Positions 46,461 to 55,464 of a DNA stretch of 64,000 bases are shown here, piece after piece. The notes beneath the pieces were generated by a model. It ran no database searches. It had not been told where the DNA came from and was given only the letters and a program-made list of their open reading frames with translations. The stretch comes from an uncultured Candidatus Saccharibacteria bacterium (GTDB lineage Bacteria; Patescibacteriota; Saccharimonadia; Saccharimonadales; Saccharimonadaceae): contig CAMJKD010000002.1 in assembly GCA_946406315.1 (NCBI GenBank), forward strand, positions 62,933 through 126,932, written 5' to 3'. The position numbers and the translations under genes were made by a program. The first letter of the stretch is position 1; each line of letters begins with the position of its first letter.

Positions 46461-46610
46461 CTGTTTACTCCTTTTTAGTTTATGCAAATTTAATTCTAAC
46501 AGGGTAGACGCAAAGATGTCTCTTTTTTGTTACTAACTGGTTTCCTAGTTAAACTATACAATACTGAGGGTTATTTTGATGAGAAAAATTCTCATATGTA
46601 TGTTAATCTA

Positions 46611-46706
<96 letters not shown>

Positions 46707-46871
46707 TTATTTAATTTTCTCTGCTTGTTTCAGGAGTTTTTCTTGCTCTTTGGCGGCTTTTTTTAGAGCGCGACGATAGATGCGATCTACATCTGGATCC
46801 GAGCTCCGAGTAACAAGATCTGAAAGGTCGTAATGTTTCTTTTTTCTCGTAAGTGTAATTGTATTATTCAT
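46707..46871 (-). CDS. 54-aa basic ORF coupled to the zeta-like kinase (absent from the ORF track)
   Basis: Its ATG overlaps the kinase stop codon (GATGAATAA). It encodes MNNTITLTRKKKHYDLSDLVTRSSDPDVDRIYRRALKKAAKEQEKLLKQAEKIK. Confidence 0.25.
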   Translation of the reverse strand: MNNTITLTRKKKHYDLSDLVTRSSDPDVDRIYRRALKKAAKEQEKLLKQAEKIK

Positions 46872-47439
46872 CACTCAGCATCCTTTCCAAGTCTTTAATA
46901 TTATATTCTAATTTTATATATTTGTCAAGTTCACAACTTTTGACGTCGATTATTCTTTTACCGACGTCATTATGCTTATCTTTTATTATTATATCAACTT
47001 TTATATTTTTATATTTTTTAAGACTTAATAAGTTATTTATTGTTAAGCCGTAGCATTTTATGAATCCATTTTTATCTATTGCTCGATGCTCGACTTTTTC
47101 GCGCGCTTTTGTGAATTTCCAGGCTCTTAAAGGGTCCTGTTTTATATATACTATTTTTATCGCATATCCCCTGTTAAATAAGGACTTTATACAATTCATC
47201 GATGTCTCATGCGAGAGTGTCCCATCCATAATGAATGGATAATATTCTTTTTTGCATTTTTGATAGATTGAATTTTGGAGTGAAGTTGCGCCCGATCTAA
47301 ACATATTAGCATGCTCTGGCTTATAAGTATCTATCATACTTGCTATCTCGTCCATATCAATACGAACTACTTTTATGTTTAATTCTTTTATAATAGTTTT
47401 CGTAAACTCAGTTTTCCCCGCTCCTGGCAGACCCGCCAT
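46864..47439 (-). CDS. zeta-toxin-family P-loop kinase (possibly 5'-truncated)
   Basis: GLPGAGKTEF Walker A, DGTLSHE, and RGYAIKIVYI...AREKVEHRAI. The frame stays open for 34 codons upstream (to 47541) without any start codon. Confidence 0.6.
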   Translation of the reverse strand: MAGLPGAGKTEFTKTIIKELNIKVVRIDMDEIASMIDTYKPEHANMFRSGATSLQNSIYQKCKKEYYPFIMDGTLSHETSMNCIKSLFNRGYAIKIVYIKQDPLRAWKFTKAREKVEHRAIDKNGFIKCYGLTINNLLSLKKYKNIKVDIIIKDKHNDVGKRIIDVKSCELDKYIKLEYNIKDLERMLSDE

Positions 47440-47724
47440 AAAGATACACGACGGTTTGTCTTGGTTGGGCTTTGCGCCAGATTCTCGAATATATTTAGCC
47501 GTGAATTCTTTTTTGTGATTTTTTACCCAATTGCGAAATGTTCATTGTTCATTTTTTATTAATATTAGCATTCATACTTAATAGAATAGTAATATTGATA
47601 ATTATTTTAAAGCATGAATGCGTTTGTATTATAAGTAATTATGAGATCGGTGCGCTTATAGTCGGAGTCGACAAATAGTATTTTAAGTTTTGTTGCGTAA
47701 CTTTTGTGCGAAGAATGCCACAAG

Positions 47725-48411
47725 TCACTCTATGACAAGCTTAACTTCAACTGAGTATTTGTCGTCGTAGTTTTGAGGTTCTTCGATTACCTTTTTAACT
47801 AAGGCAGAGTATTTTGCGCCGTTGTCTAGATGGTCGGCGAGATACTGAGCGTAATAACGCGGTACGTAGCCGATGAAATAGTCTTTTGCGATTTTTTTGA
47901 AATGGATCTCAATAGCATTTGTGTCGAATGGGTTATTTTTATTGTGGATTAATTCTAATTTCGCGTTAGCAACAAGGTCGACGGCGCAGTTTTCTAGATC
48001 CTTCTCTCTATATCTCGTACCGGCAATGTTAAACTCGAGCCTTTCGGTATTCGTAATCGCGGGGACGAATTCGAAGTTATCTGTTGGTAGTCTTCCTTTT
48101 GTTGCAGCTAAGATATCGATGTCTGATGAGTTTGGTGAAAGGTTGAAAGTATTAATGATATCTAAAAAATCTATTCGCTCCCTGTCTGGGATTCTGCTCT
48201 TGATATTCTTAAATAATGTTTGGGACTTATATTTTTCGTATCTATTATCAAAACCAGGATATAACTGAAACCCATTTTTGGCGGCTTCGTCGACGTCATC
48301 AGAATATTCGAAAATGTAGCCATTGCTCGTCGCGGAGAGCTTCCCTACCTTATATCTACGTCTGCTACTATTTTTTGGATTTTTCCAAATTAGCCATAAT
48401 TCTTTATTCAT
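47725..48411 (-). CDS. HIRAN-domain protein with an uncharacterised N-terminal domain
   Basis: The C-terminal 100 aa (FNIAGTRYREKDLE...LELIHNKNNPFDTNAIEIHF...IGYVPRYYAQYLADHLDNG) match the HIRAN pattern. Confidence 0.7.
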   Translation of the reverse strand: MNKELWLIWKNPKNSSRRRYKVGKLSATSNGYIFEYSDDVDEAAKNGFQLYPGFDNRYEKYKSQTLFKNIKSRIPDRERIDFLDIINTFNLSPNSSDIDILAATKGRLPTDNFEFVPAITNTERLEFNIAGTRYREKDLENCAVDLVANAKLELIHNKNNPFDTNAIEIHFKKIAKDYFIGYVPRYYAQYLADHLDNGAKYSALVKKVIEEPQNYDDKYSVEVKLVIE

Positions 48412-48566
48412 AGATAATTCCTCGAAGTATTTCTAATCTTCTTAAGATATATTTAATTATATAGTTTTTATGCATATCCGTTAAGTATATATCCGGTATA
48501 TTGTGGACTATTTTGGCAACGCTATACTTAGTTAACGAATCTCCTCTTTGATAGGAAGTTCCATTA

Positions 48567-49244
48567 ATGTGCTATTTTGTTAGTATGTTATCGAAATTAA
48601 CTCTTCGTAAACGTAAAGACGTTTGTGATAATTTTTCGTTTTATGAAAATGAATATAGAATAAGGCGAATAGTCAATAGAAAAATTAAAGACAAGGGTCG
48701 AGATGGAGCGAAAAAGAAAAGAGAGCTATTTCATCTGCTTGTTTTTCGCGAATTATCGGATAAGTATTTTAGGTGTAGATACAGAAATAGAGAAGCTCCT
48801 GATGCGGAAATTGTATATAGGAGACATAAAATTGGCGTCGAGATTACAGAAGTTTTCGATAATTCTGATAGTTATAATGGTTTTAGAAGCAATCTTAATT
48901 CTTTTCTGTCAGGAAACGCCGTGGGTAAATTTATTCAATCGGATCCACGCGAAGCTTCGGTCAAAATGGAAGAAATATTTAGACAAAAAACAGAGAAGCT
49001 ACGGTCGTTTTATACTAGCGAATATGAAAAAACTATTTTATTAATAGTGACCTCTGAATGTGCGAAAAATCCAGAGCATTTAATTAAGCATTGGTATGAA
49101 CGTTATTGTTGCGTTGATCGATTAAGAGAAATGAATGGTATATTTTTTGAGGTATATTTTTTAAACTATGGTGCTTCTGGAAAAGATAGTGGCCCGGTTT
49201 TAATCGACTTAGATAGTGCGATTATGTCGGCGACACTTAAATAG
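48567..49244 (+). CDS. hypothetical protein with a possible PD-(D/E)xK-like motif
   Basis: APDAEIVYRRHKIGVEITEV could be a D...ExT/K core. Otherwise there is no recognisable motif. Confidence 0.35.
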   Translation: MCYFVSMLSKLTLRKRKDVCDNFSFYENEYRIRRIVNRKIKDKGRDGAKKKRELFHLLVFRELSDKYFRCRYRNREAPDAEIVYRRHKIGVEITEVFDNSDSYNGFRSNLNSFLSGNAVGKFIQSDPREASVKMEEIFRQKTEKLRSFYTSEYEKTILLIVTSECAKNPEHLIKHWYERYCCVDRLREMNGIFFEVYFLNYGASGKDSGPVLIDLDSAIMSATLK

Positions 49245-49394
49245 ATTTCTCTTTTACGATAATTTGACATATTTATATCTAAAGTCTGATGGTATTGTTG
49301 CCATATATGCTAGTATAGGGCTAGTTTAAAATGCTAGCCAGGTGGAAGGTGGAATAATTTTGCGCTGTTAATAAGTATAGGCGGCAGAATATTA

Positions 49395-51254
49395 TTATTG
49401 CGTGTCTTTCAGTTTTTTAATGATAGCTTTTCCGGTTTCGAATAAACGTTTATCATTTTTGTCTATTCCAATTTTTGAGACAGCTATTTTTATTCTGTCT
49501 AGTATTTTTCTGGCGTCCTCTTTAGTGTTTTCTTTAAGTATGCTATTTAACTGAGCCATAAAAGGAATATCATCCCGCATAGCCTCGATTCGGTCTTTTA
49601 TGTCGGGCACTATCTCGATTGCCTCTTTTTTAAGTTTTGCAAATGAAATGCAATCTTCAATTGTTGATCCGTCTGGTAGATTTGGATTTAGTTCTTTTAA
49701 AGTAAATACCTTATCTTCATATTCATTCGATATGGTCTTTATTTTATTCTTACTAGCTCTCCCCTGTGCGTCGTCGTCGGTAATAATTAGTGGCGTTATG
49801 TTATGTTTGATTGAAAAAGATGCCAGAGCTTGAATATTATTGCCCTCTCCATTAATGATCTTAGTTTCCGTCTCGAGTGCTACATCTATTGTCTTCAATA
49901 TGCCAGATATTAGTATTTTATCGCACTGCCCTTCTACTAAGATTTGATATTTAGATATAAAATCGCGTATTGGATCTATGCCGAACGCTCTATCTAGAAT
50001 TTCGTCACCTAAAATACTAGCCGTGTCAGCTACTGGTATTGCTTTAGTTATTCCGTTACTGTTTTTCTCTATGATAAAATGTCTCGTCTTCGATTTCTTA
50101 TCTATTAGAAAATTAGAGTGAGTAGAGATTAAGACATTATTATTTTCGCCTATTCTTAACAGTTCATTCAGAAGCCATCTTATACCTGATGGATGTAAAT
50201 GTATTTCTGGCTCATCTATGATTATGATAGCATTGCTAATTCGAGATTCGTGATTGTCAATTGAAATACTCAATAATAGGGAGACGAATGACTTGAAACC
50301 TTGGCTTCTTTCTTCCATAGAGTAATGCGTGTCTTCATTCTGTTCGTCTATTATGCTTATGGATGCAATTCCGGTAGATTCAATTTCTATAATTACTTTT
50401 GCATTAATTTCTTTCCATTTTTCTTTCAGAAAATCGCTTGCCACCTTTGACAATTGCTTAGCGAGGGTTCTTCTTGTAGGGCTGCCGGCGCAAATGCTGT
50501 CTATTTTGGCAAGTATACTATTCTTATCTTTTTCTCCATGAAGAGCAAATATGTTTTTTAATGGTATGCATTTTGATGGATTTTCTGCGAACTGCTTTAA
50601 ATTGATTTCCTCTGGAAGAAGATACTCTGGACTGGGGCTCCATGCTCCTCCTCTTTTTTGATTATCAATTATGGAGATAAACGTATCTTGTAATATCTTT
50701 TCCAGCGTAGCGGAGTCTAACTGTTTATATCCGGTAACGCCAAATGGTGCCAGCTCGTTTTCGTGCACTATCTCGTATTTATATTTCGGAATGTTGTCTG
50801 AATTCCTATTAGGGAATAACTGGGTAGTTTGGATGTAATAGTTGTCGGCTTTTACTTTGTTATGTTGTAGCAGCACTTCATGGTTGAATTTTACTTCGTT
50901 TTTATTGAGGGTATATATGTCGGTTAGTTTAGCTATACCTAGCTTTTTCGTTAATGATTCGGTCATATATAGACCTTTATTTTCAAATTCATCTTTGATG
51001 TTTAAGTTTCGGGTATTATATGTAAAAGAAATTACTATTTTATTTGGCTGTAATATCCTATTAGATATTTTTTCAAAATTATATGTTTCTTTATTATTGA
51101 AAATAGCAATATTAATCGCTTCGAGTATATTACTTTTTCCAGATTCATTTTTTCCCAATAAAGTAACAAGTTTACTTCCATTTATTTCTTTTATGGGAAT
51201 AGAGATATCCTCGATCGACTTAAAACCTTTTATATTAATACCCTCTAGCTCCAT
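49395..51254 (-). CDS. OLD-family nuclease (ABC-type ATPase + Toprim), stand-alone
   Basis: Walker A GKNESGKS, Walker B/D-loop IIIIDEPEIHLHP, and Toprim motifs ILVEGQCD and IITDDDAQG. No adjacent helicase. Confidence 0.8.
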   Translation of the reverse strand: MELEGINIKGFKSIEDISIPIKEINGSKLVTLLGKNESGKSNILEAINIAIFNNKETYNFEKISNRILQPNKIVISFTYNTRNLNIKDEFENKGLYMTESLTKKLGIAKLTDIYTLNKNEVKFNHEVLLQHNKVKADNYYIQTTQLFPNRNSDNIPKYKYEIVHENELAPFGVTGYKQLDSATLEKILQDTFISIIDNQKRGGAWSPSPEYLLPEEINLKQFAENPSKCIPLKNIFALHGEKDKNSILAKIDSICAGSPTRRTLAKQLSKVASDFLKEKWKEINAKVIIEIESTGIASISIIDEQNEDTHYSMEERSQGFKSFVSLLLSISIDNHESRISNAIIIIDEPEIHLHPSGIRWLLNELLRIGENNNVLISTHSNFLIDKKSKTRHFIIEKNSNGITKAIPVADTASILGDEILDRAFGIDPIRDFISKYQILVEGQCDKILISGILKTIDVALETETKIINGEGNNIQALASFSIKHNITPLIITDDDAQGRASKNKIKTISNEYEDKVFTLKELNPNLPDGSTIEDCISFAKLKKEAIEIVPDIKDRIEAMRDDIPFMAQLNSILKENTKEDARKILDRIKIAVSKIGIDKNDKRLFETGKAIIKKLKDTQ

Positions 51255-51719
51255 AGTCCAATTATACCAAATAGCCCAGTAGGCTCCTCGCCTATTTATC
51301 TATCTAGTCAGTACTAGATAGGGTGCTTTGTATCGATGGATGGTAATTTATATTACGCGATATCTCTATTACATTATCGTACAAATATCTTTATTGCCCT
51401 ACGTATAGAAATAGGCCTCCTCTATAATCGCATAATTGCTGTTAGTCTTGTCGTTCTAGAAGCTCTAGTGAAAAATGACTAATTTATTGTGAGCAATTTA
51501 TTCTGCTGAGTCGACAAAATGGTATATGTTACTTCCCCTGTCGCTTAGACGATGATCTATAGGTCTTCGCGGAACTTGCTATTCATTAGTGTGGAAAATA
51601 GTTAATCATAGAATAGCGACATGTTGTGAATATTCTTAATGCTAGAGATTGTAAGGTGTCTATGCTTGCATTTCATTGAGGAGCAATTTATGTCTGTTAT
51701 AAGATACGGAATTAAAAAT

Positions 51720-52470
51720 ATGAACGAGAGTCCATTAGTTAGTGTTATTATTCCCGTTTATAACGTGGAAGCTTATTTGAAGCGTTGTCTTGATTCTGTC
51801 GTAAATCAGACTTATAGGAATTTGCAGATTATTTTAGTAGACGACGGTTCGCCGGATAATTGCGGAGTAATTTGCGATCAGTATGCCGCTAAAGATAAGA
51901 GAATAACGGTAATTCATCAAGAGAATGGCGGGCTGTCAGTGGCGAGGAATGCGGACATTAAGTTAATCAAAGGCGACTATACGACTTTTATCGATAGTGA
52001 TGACTGAATTCATTTGAGTATGATTAAAACGATGGTAGAGGTGACGCTAAGGAAAAGCGTTGATGTCGTAGCTTGTAATCATCTTTCAATACGGAACGAT
52101 GATGTCGTGGCGCAAATTGACAATAAAGACAATAAGGTTACTATTACTCAAGTTGATGATTACCTAAAACAATATTTTAGAGTGCCGGATGAGAAGATAT
52201 TATATTATGCTTGGGAAAAACTATATAAAAGTACTCTGATTATATATGATATGTATCCAGTTGGCTTAACTCATGAGGATATTCTGGGAATATATAGGGC
52301 AATTAAGAATATTCGAAGGGCTGCAGAAATTGATTTTGTCTATTATTACTATTATTAGAATCGAAACGGCATTACTCGTACTAAATTTTCGGAAAGGAAT
52401 TTTGACTATTTTCCTGTTTTTGACATTTTGATTTCCGAGTGCGAGGGAGCGTGAGAATTATGCTAGATAT
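51720..52470 (+). pseudogene. family-2 glycosyltransferase pseudogene (in-frame TGA and TAG, 3' end lost)
   Basis: VSVIIPVYNVEAYLKRCLDSVVNQTY...LVDDGSPDNCG...DSDD, then TGA at 52005 where GT2 enzymes usually have Trp. TAG follows at 52356, and the frame continues as NRNGITRTKFSERNFDYF. Confidence 0.7.
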
Positions 52471-52557
52471 AATAAAGTTTTGTATGCTTATGGCGTCTTA
52501 TTAGGAATGGCAAGGGGGGGTGTTGCTGGGGCAAACTAATTTTTTGTCTGCCGCTTT
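52371..52557 (+). repeat. direct repeat copy A (about 187 bp, GT2-derived)
   Basis: Aligned by eye to 60488-60676. There are long identical runs, for example AATTTTCGGAAAGGAATTTTGA and TTTCCTGTTTTTGACATTTTGATTTCCGAGTGCGAGGG. Confidence 0.8.
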
Positions 52558-53125
52558 CGAAAGATGCGAAAGAAAAAGGCATCCAGATTGTGTACTTGCC
52601 TGGAAATGGCGAGATTGTTCTGGACGACTTCGTGGTGGATGACATTACTGTCGAAAAAGCCGTGGATCCTGACAATCGTTTTTATCAGCAGCCGGCTGAC
52701 GATGGATACTTTCTGGAGTTCGGAGTGAACTACGTGAAGTATGCGCATGTGCTGCCGGATGACGCGTTGCTGTTAGTACGCATCTGCTGGACTTGCCGGA
52801 AGAATCTATCGATTTACTGCTGAAATCACTGGGAGCATTCGACAAGAAGTTCTCCATGGGCTTGGTGCACTATCCGCTCGCGATTGCTCCAGTTGGTGGC
52901 GCGTTCGATTTCTGGGCACTGAACAAGTCCGACGCGTCGCGTACGGAAGCGTTGGGCAAGGTTCTGGCGAAGCTGCGGCTGTGCGATGGTGCAATGGTCT
53001 ACTTTGGTCGCATTCACCTTGGCGCCAATGACGCGCATGGACTGCTATTCGTTCAGTATGACGTTTCTGACGAGCGAATTCGGCGGTTGCGTCTGGATGA
53101 AGCCCGGTACTGTTATGAAACTGTA
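52558..53125 (+). other. high-GC foreign fragment carrying a frameshifted gene remnant
   Basis: I counted 58% GC at 52861-52920, against about 32% in neighbouring island DNA. The ORFs at 52590-52823 and 52793 onward are two frames of one broken gene. Confidence 0.5.
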
Positions 53126-53230
53126 GCCTTAATAATACTCTCCAGTCTACAAAAAGCCCTTCAATCGGAGAGCTTGTTTTTTTCGGTTTTTAAATCTCTT
53201 ACCATAGGTGCGTTCAGAGCGGTATCGAAT

Positions 53231-54250
53231 ATGATATATAATGGTGATATGAAATATTCCCATTCTATGATTGATAAAGTTGGCGAAATTGTGCGACATG
53301 AACGGATGGACGATGAATACAACGATGCGCTTAATATTTTGAATGAGTGGCGCGAAGCGCATGGGCGAGTATTGGATGATTATTTTGATAAATGCGTTAG
53401 ATTTGCGCGTAAAATGGATAAAGAAATAATTGTTGCTCAGAGACTTAAGCGTCTACCTACGATAATAGACAAGTTAAACCGTCTTAATGATTTGGCGTTA
53501 TCTAGGATGCAAGATATAGCTGGCGTACGAATAATTGTTAAAGATATGGAGCAATTACGTATTGTAGATAGAAAGATTAGAAGGTGGAAGTATTTAAAAC
53601 GTATAAAAAATTACATAGATAGCCCTAAAGCTAGTGGCTATCGCGGTGTTCACTATATTTTCAAGATTGATGATTTCTGGATAGAAATTCAATTAAGAAC
53701 GCAACTTCAACATTTATGGGCAACATCAGTTGAAACTGTAGATGTTTTCCGTGGTACGAATATGAAAACACGCGGAGATAATACGTATTGGAATGATTTC
53801 TTTTTGGCTGTTTCGAATGTGTTTGCTTTTGCCGAAGAATCTTCTACGCTGTCCGATTATTCTGAATTAGGACTCCTTGGAACTATTTCGAGGATTCATG
53901 AATTTCAAGATAAATACAACATCTTGAAATCACTTGAAGCTATGGCTTTTACGGATATAGTTTCTAGGGATAACCGTTTTAAGGAGGCTTATTATATATT
54001 GATGGACTTAGATTTCTCTAAAAAAGAGTGCTCGGTTTTCTGTGTTAAAGAAGAAGACTTTGAATCGGCGATGGCGGAATATATTAAATATGAGTCCGAT
54101 AAAACTAGAAAACATAGTGCCGTATTTGTAGCAGTAAGTGATTTTAATAAATTAAAAGACGCATATCCAAATTATTTTGTAGATTTAAATAAGTTTTCTA
54201 GTATGATTAAGTTTATGCTTGAAAATTCTAAGAATGAGGTTAAAATATAA
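53231..54250 (+). CDS. stand-alone RelA/SpoT-homologue synthetase-fold protein with a C-terminal extension (toxSAS/CapRel-like)
   Basis: Complete synthetase motif set: RLKRLPTIIDKL, DIAGVRIIV, GYRGVHYIF and EIQLRTQLQHLWA. I chose the start at ATG 53231, where GC drops. A C-terminal domain of about 130 aa follows. Confidence 0.7.
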   Translation: MIYNGDMKYSHSMIDKVGEIVRHERMDDEYNDALNILNEWREAHGRVLDDYFDKCVRFARKMDKEIIVAQRLKRLPTIIDKLNRLNDLALSRMQDIAGVRIIVKDMEQLRIVDRKIRRWKYLKRIKNYIDSPKASGYRGVHYIFKIDDFWIEIQLRTQLQHLWATSVETVDVFRGTNMKTRGDNTYWNDFFLAVSNVFAFAEESSTLSDYSELGLLGTISRIHEFQDKYNILKSLEAMAFTDIVSRDNRFKEAYYILMDLDFSKKECSVFCVKEEDFESAMAEYIKYESDKTRKHSAVFVAVSDFNKLKDAYPNYFVDLNKFSSMIKFMLENSKNEVKI

Positions 54251-54559
54251 TTATGAATATGGAGAATATGAAAAAGATTATTTTAAAGGCTATTAAAAAG
54301 GCCGAGAGGGCTAATCATTAGTTTTTGTATTTAAGTATTCGTAAGAGAGGTTTCGCGCTTAATATAAAACCACCAGCTAGGTCTGTGGTTCTGTTTAGGT
54401 TTACCGATGAGTCAGAAAACTCCTTTTTGTTATGCTTTTCGTATAGCCTGTCAGCTAGATAAACATACAAAAAGGAGTTTTCTGTCCGTTAACGATATAA
54501 ATAGTTTAAGTCATACGAAGTGGAATTGTAAATATCACCTAGTTTTTGCGCCGAAATAT

Positions 54560-55464
54560 GGTTTACTTAACTAATTTGGAACAAGCCCTAAATTTTAAGT
54601 AGTTATCTACAGTATAAAATATTTCAGGATTATTGTACCTATTCTCCCATTCTCGAAGAATTAAATTTAAATCACTCAACTTAAATGTTAAATCTCTATA
54701 GATATGCCTAAGAGCTCGTTTAATGACGCTCCAAAGATTCTCAATGTGATTGGTTGGTCCAAAGATATATCTATCATGATCGCATCTCTCGTGGTCATAA
54801 CCGTAAAGCGAGACTGTATTATATGAAGCTAAGCCGTCAGTTCTAATTAGGCTACCTCGCTTTATGTAGGTGTTTACGAAATCTTCTACAGCTTCAGAAT
54901 CTCTAGCACCAACCATTTCTAGTACAATTTGTTTTGAGCCTGGATTAATAGCGCCTGCTACTAATTTTTGGCTACCATATTTAAGTCTCCCAAAGAAGCT
55001 ACCGTCTATCTCTACAATATCTTCTAGAACCGTTTTAGAACGTTCCAGTGACGCCCTAAAACGCCTGAACCATCTTTCTATTGTTGGATAGGATAATTCG
55101 ATCATCTTCGAGATTTCGCCTATGCCGAATTTATTCTGCCAAGCCCAAATGAGCATATATATCTTACGATACGAAAGATTGCTACCCTTAAATATAGTCT
55201 CGCTTTTAACAGACATTTTCTTCTTGCAGTGTGGACAATATTCGTAATTCTTTCTGAATTTAATATCTTTAAAGCCACAACGATAGCAGCTAATCTCGCC
55301 CCAAATACTACGATAAAAATTACGATGACAATGGTACTCGTTTGGTAAATCTGCTAAACTCTTCATTAGGAACATTCCTTTCTATTAGTTGTTATTGCTA
55401 ACTACTATTTTACGGGAATGTTCCTTTTTTGTTTCTGGTTCTTTCTAGATTCGTTAACTAAGCC
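54560..55464 (-). mobile_element. IS1595-family insertion sequence inserted into the IS200 tnpA
   Basis: The 905-bp unit has imperfect 21-bp terminal inverted repeats (GGTTTACTTAACTAATTTGGA / GGCTTAGTTAACGAATCTAGA, 16 of 21 matching). It is flanked by the direct duplication CCGAAATAT (54551-54559 and 55465-55473). Confidence 0.75.
54563..55375 (-). CDS. IS1595-family (ISXO2-like) transposase
   Basis: N-terminal zinc ribbon CYRCG...CPHCKK, followed by a DDE domain pattern (VEIDGSFFG...IRTDGLASY...HIENLWSVIKR). Confidence 0.8.
   Translation of the reverse strand: MFLMKSLADLPNEYHCHRNFYRSIWGEISCYRCGFKDIKFRKNYEYCPHCKKKMSVKSETIFKGSNLSYRKIYMLIWAWQNKFGIGEISKMIELSYPTIERWFRRFRASLERSKTVLEDIVEIDGSFFGRLKYGSQKLVAGAINPGSKQIVLEMVGARDSEAVEDFVNTYIKRGSLIRTDGLASYNTVSLYGYDHERCDHDRYIFGPTNHIENLWSVIKRALRHIYRDLTFKLSDLNLILREWENRYNNPEIFYTVDNYLKFRACSKLVK

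Noticed and set aside
52005-52007. In-frame TGA exactly where GT2 enzymes have the Trp of DSDDW, raising the possibility of UGA=Trp recoding.
   Set aside because: TGA clearly terminates many well-defined genes in the window, for example at 1618-1620. The same GT2 frame also contains an in-frame TAG and is truncated. A pseudogene is the simpler explanation.
52793-53230. The N-terminal 146 aa of the 485-aa ORF treated as part of the RelA/SpoT protein.
   Set aside because: This part lies in the 58%-GC foreign fragment and continues a frameshifted unrelated gene. The composition switch near 53125 and the internal ATG at 53231 argue for accidental read-through.
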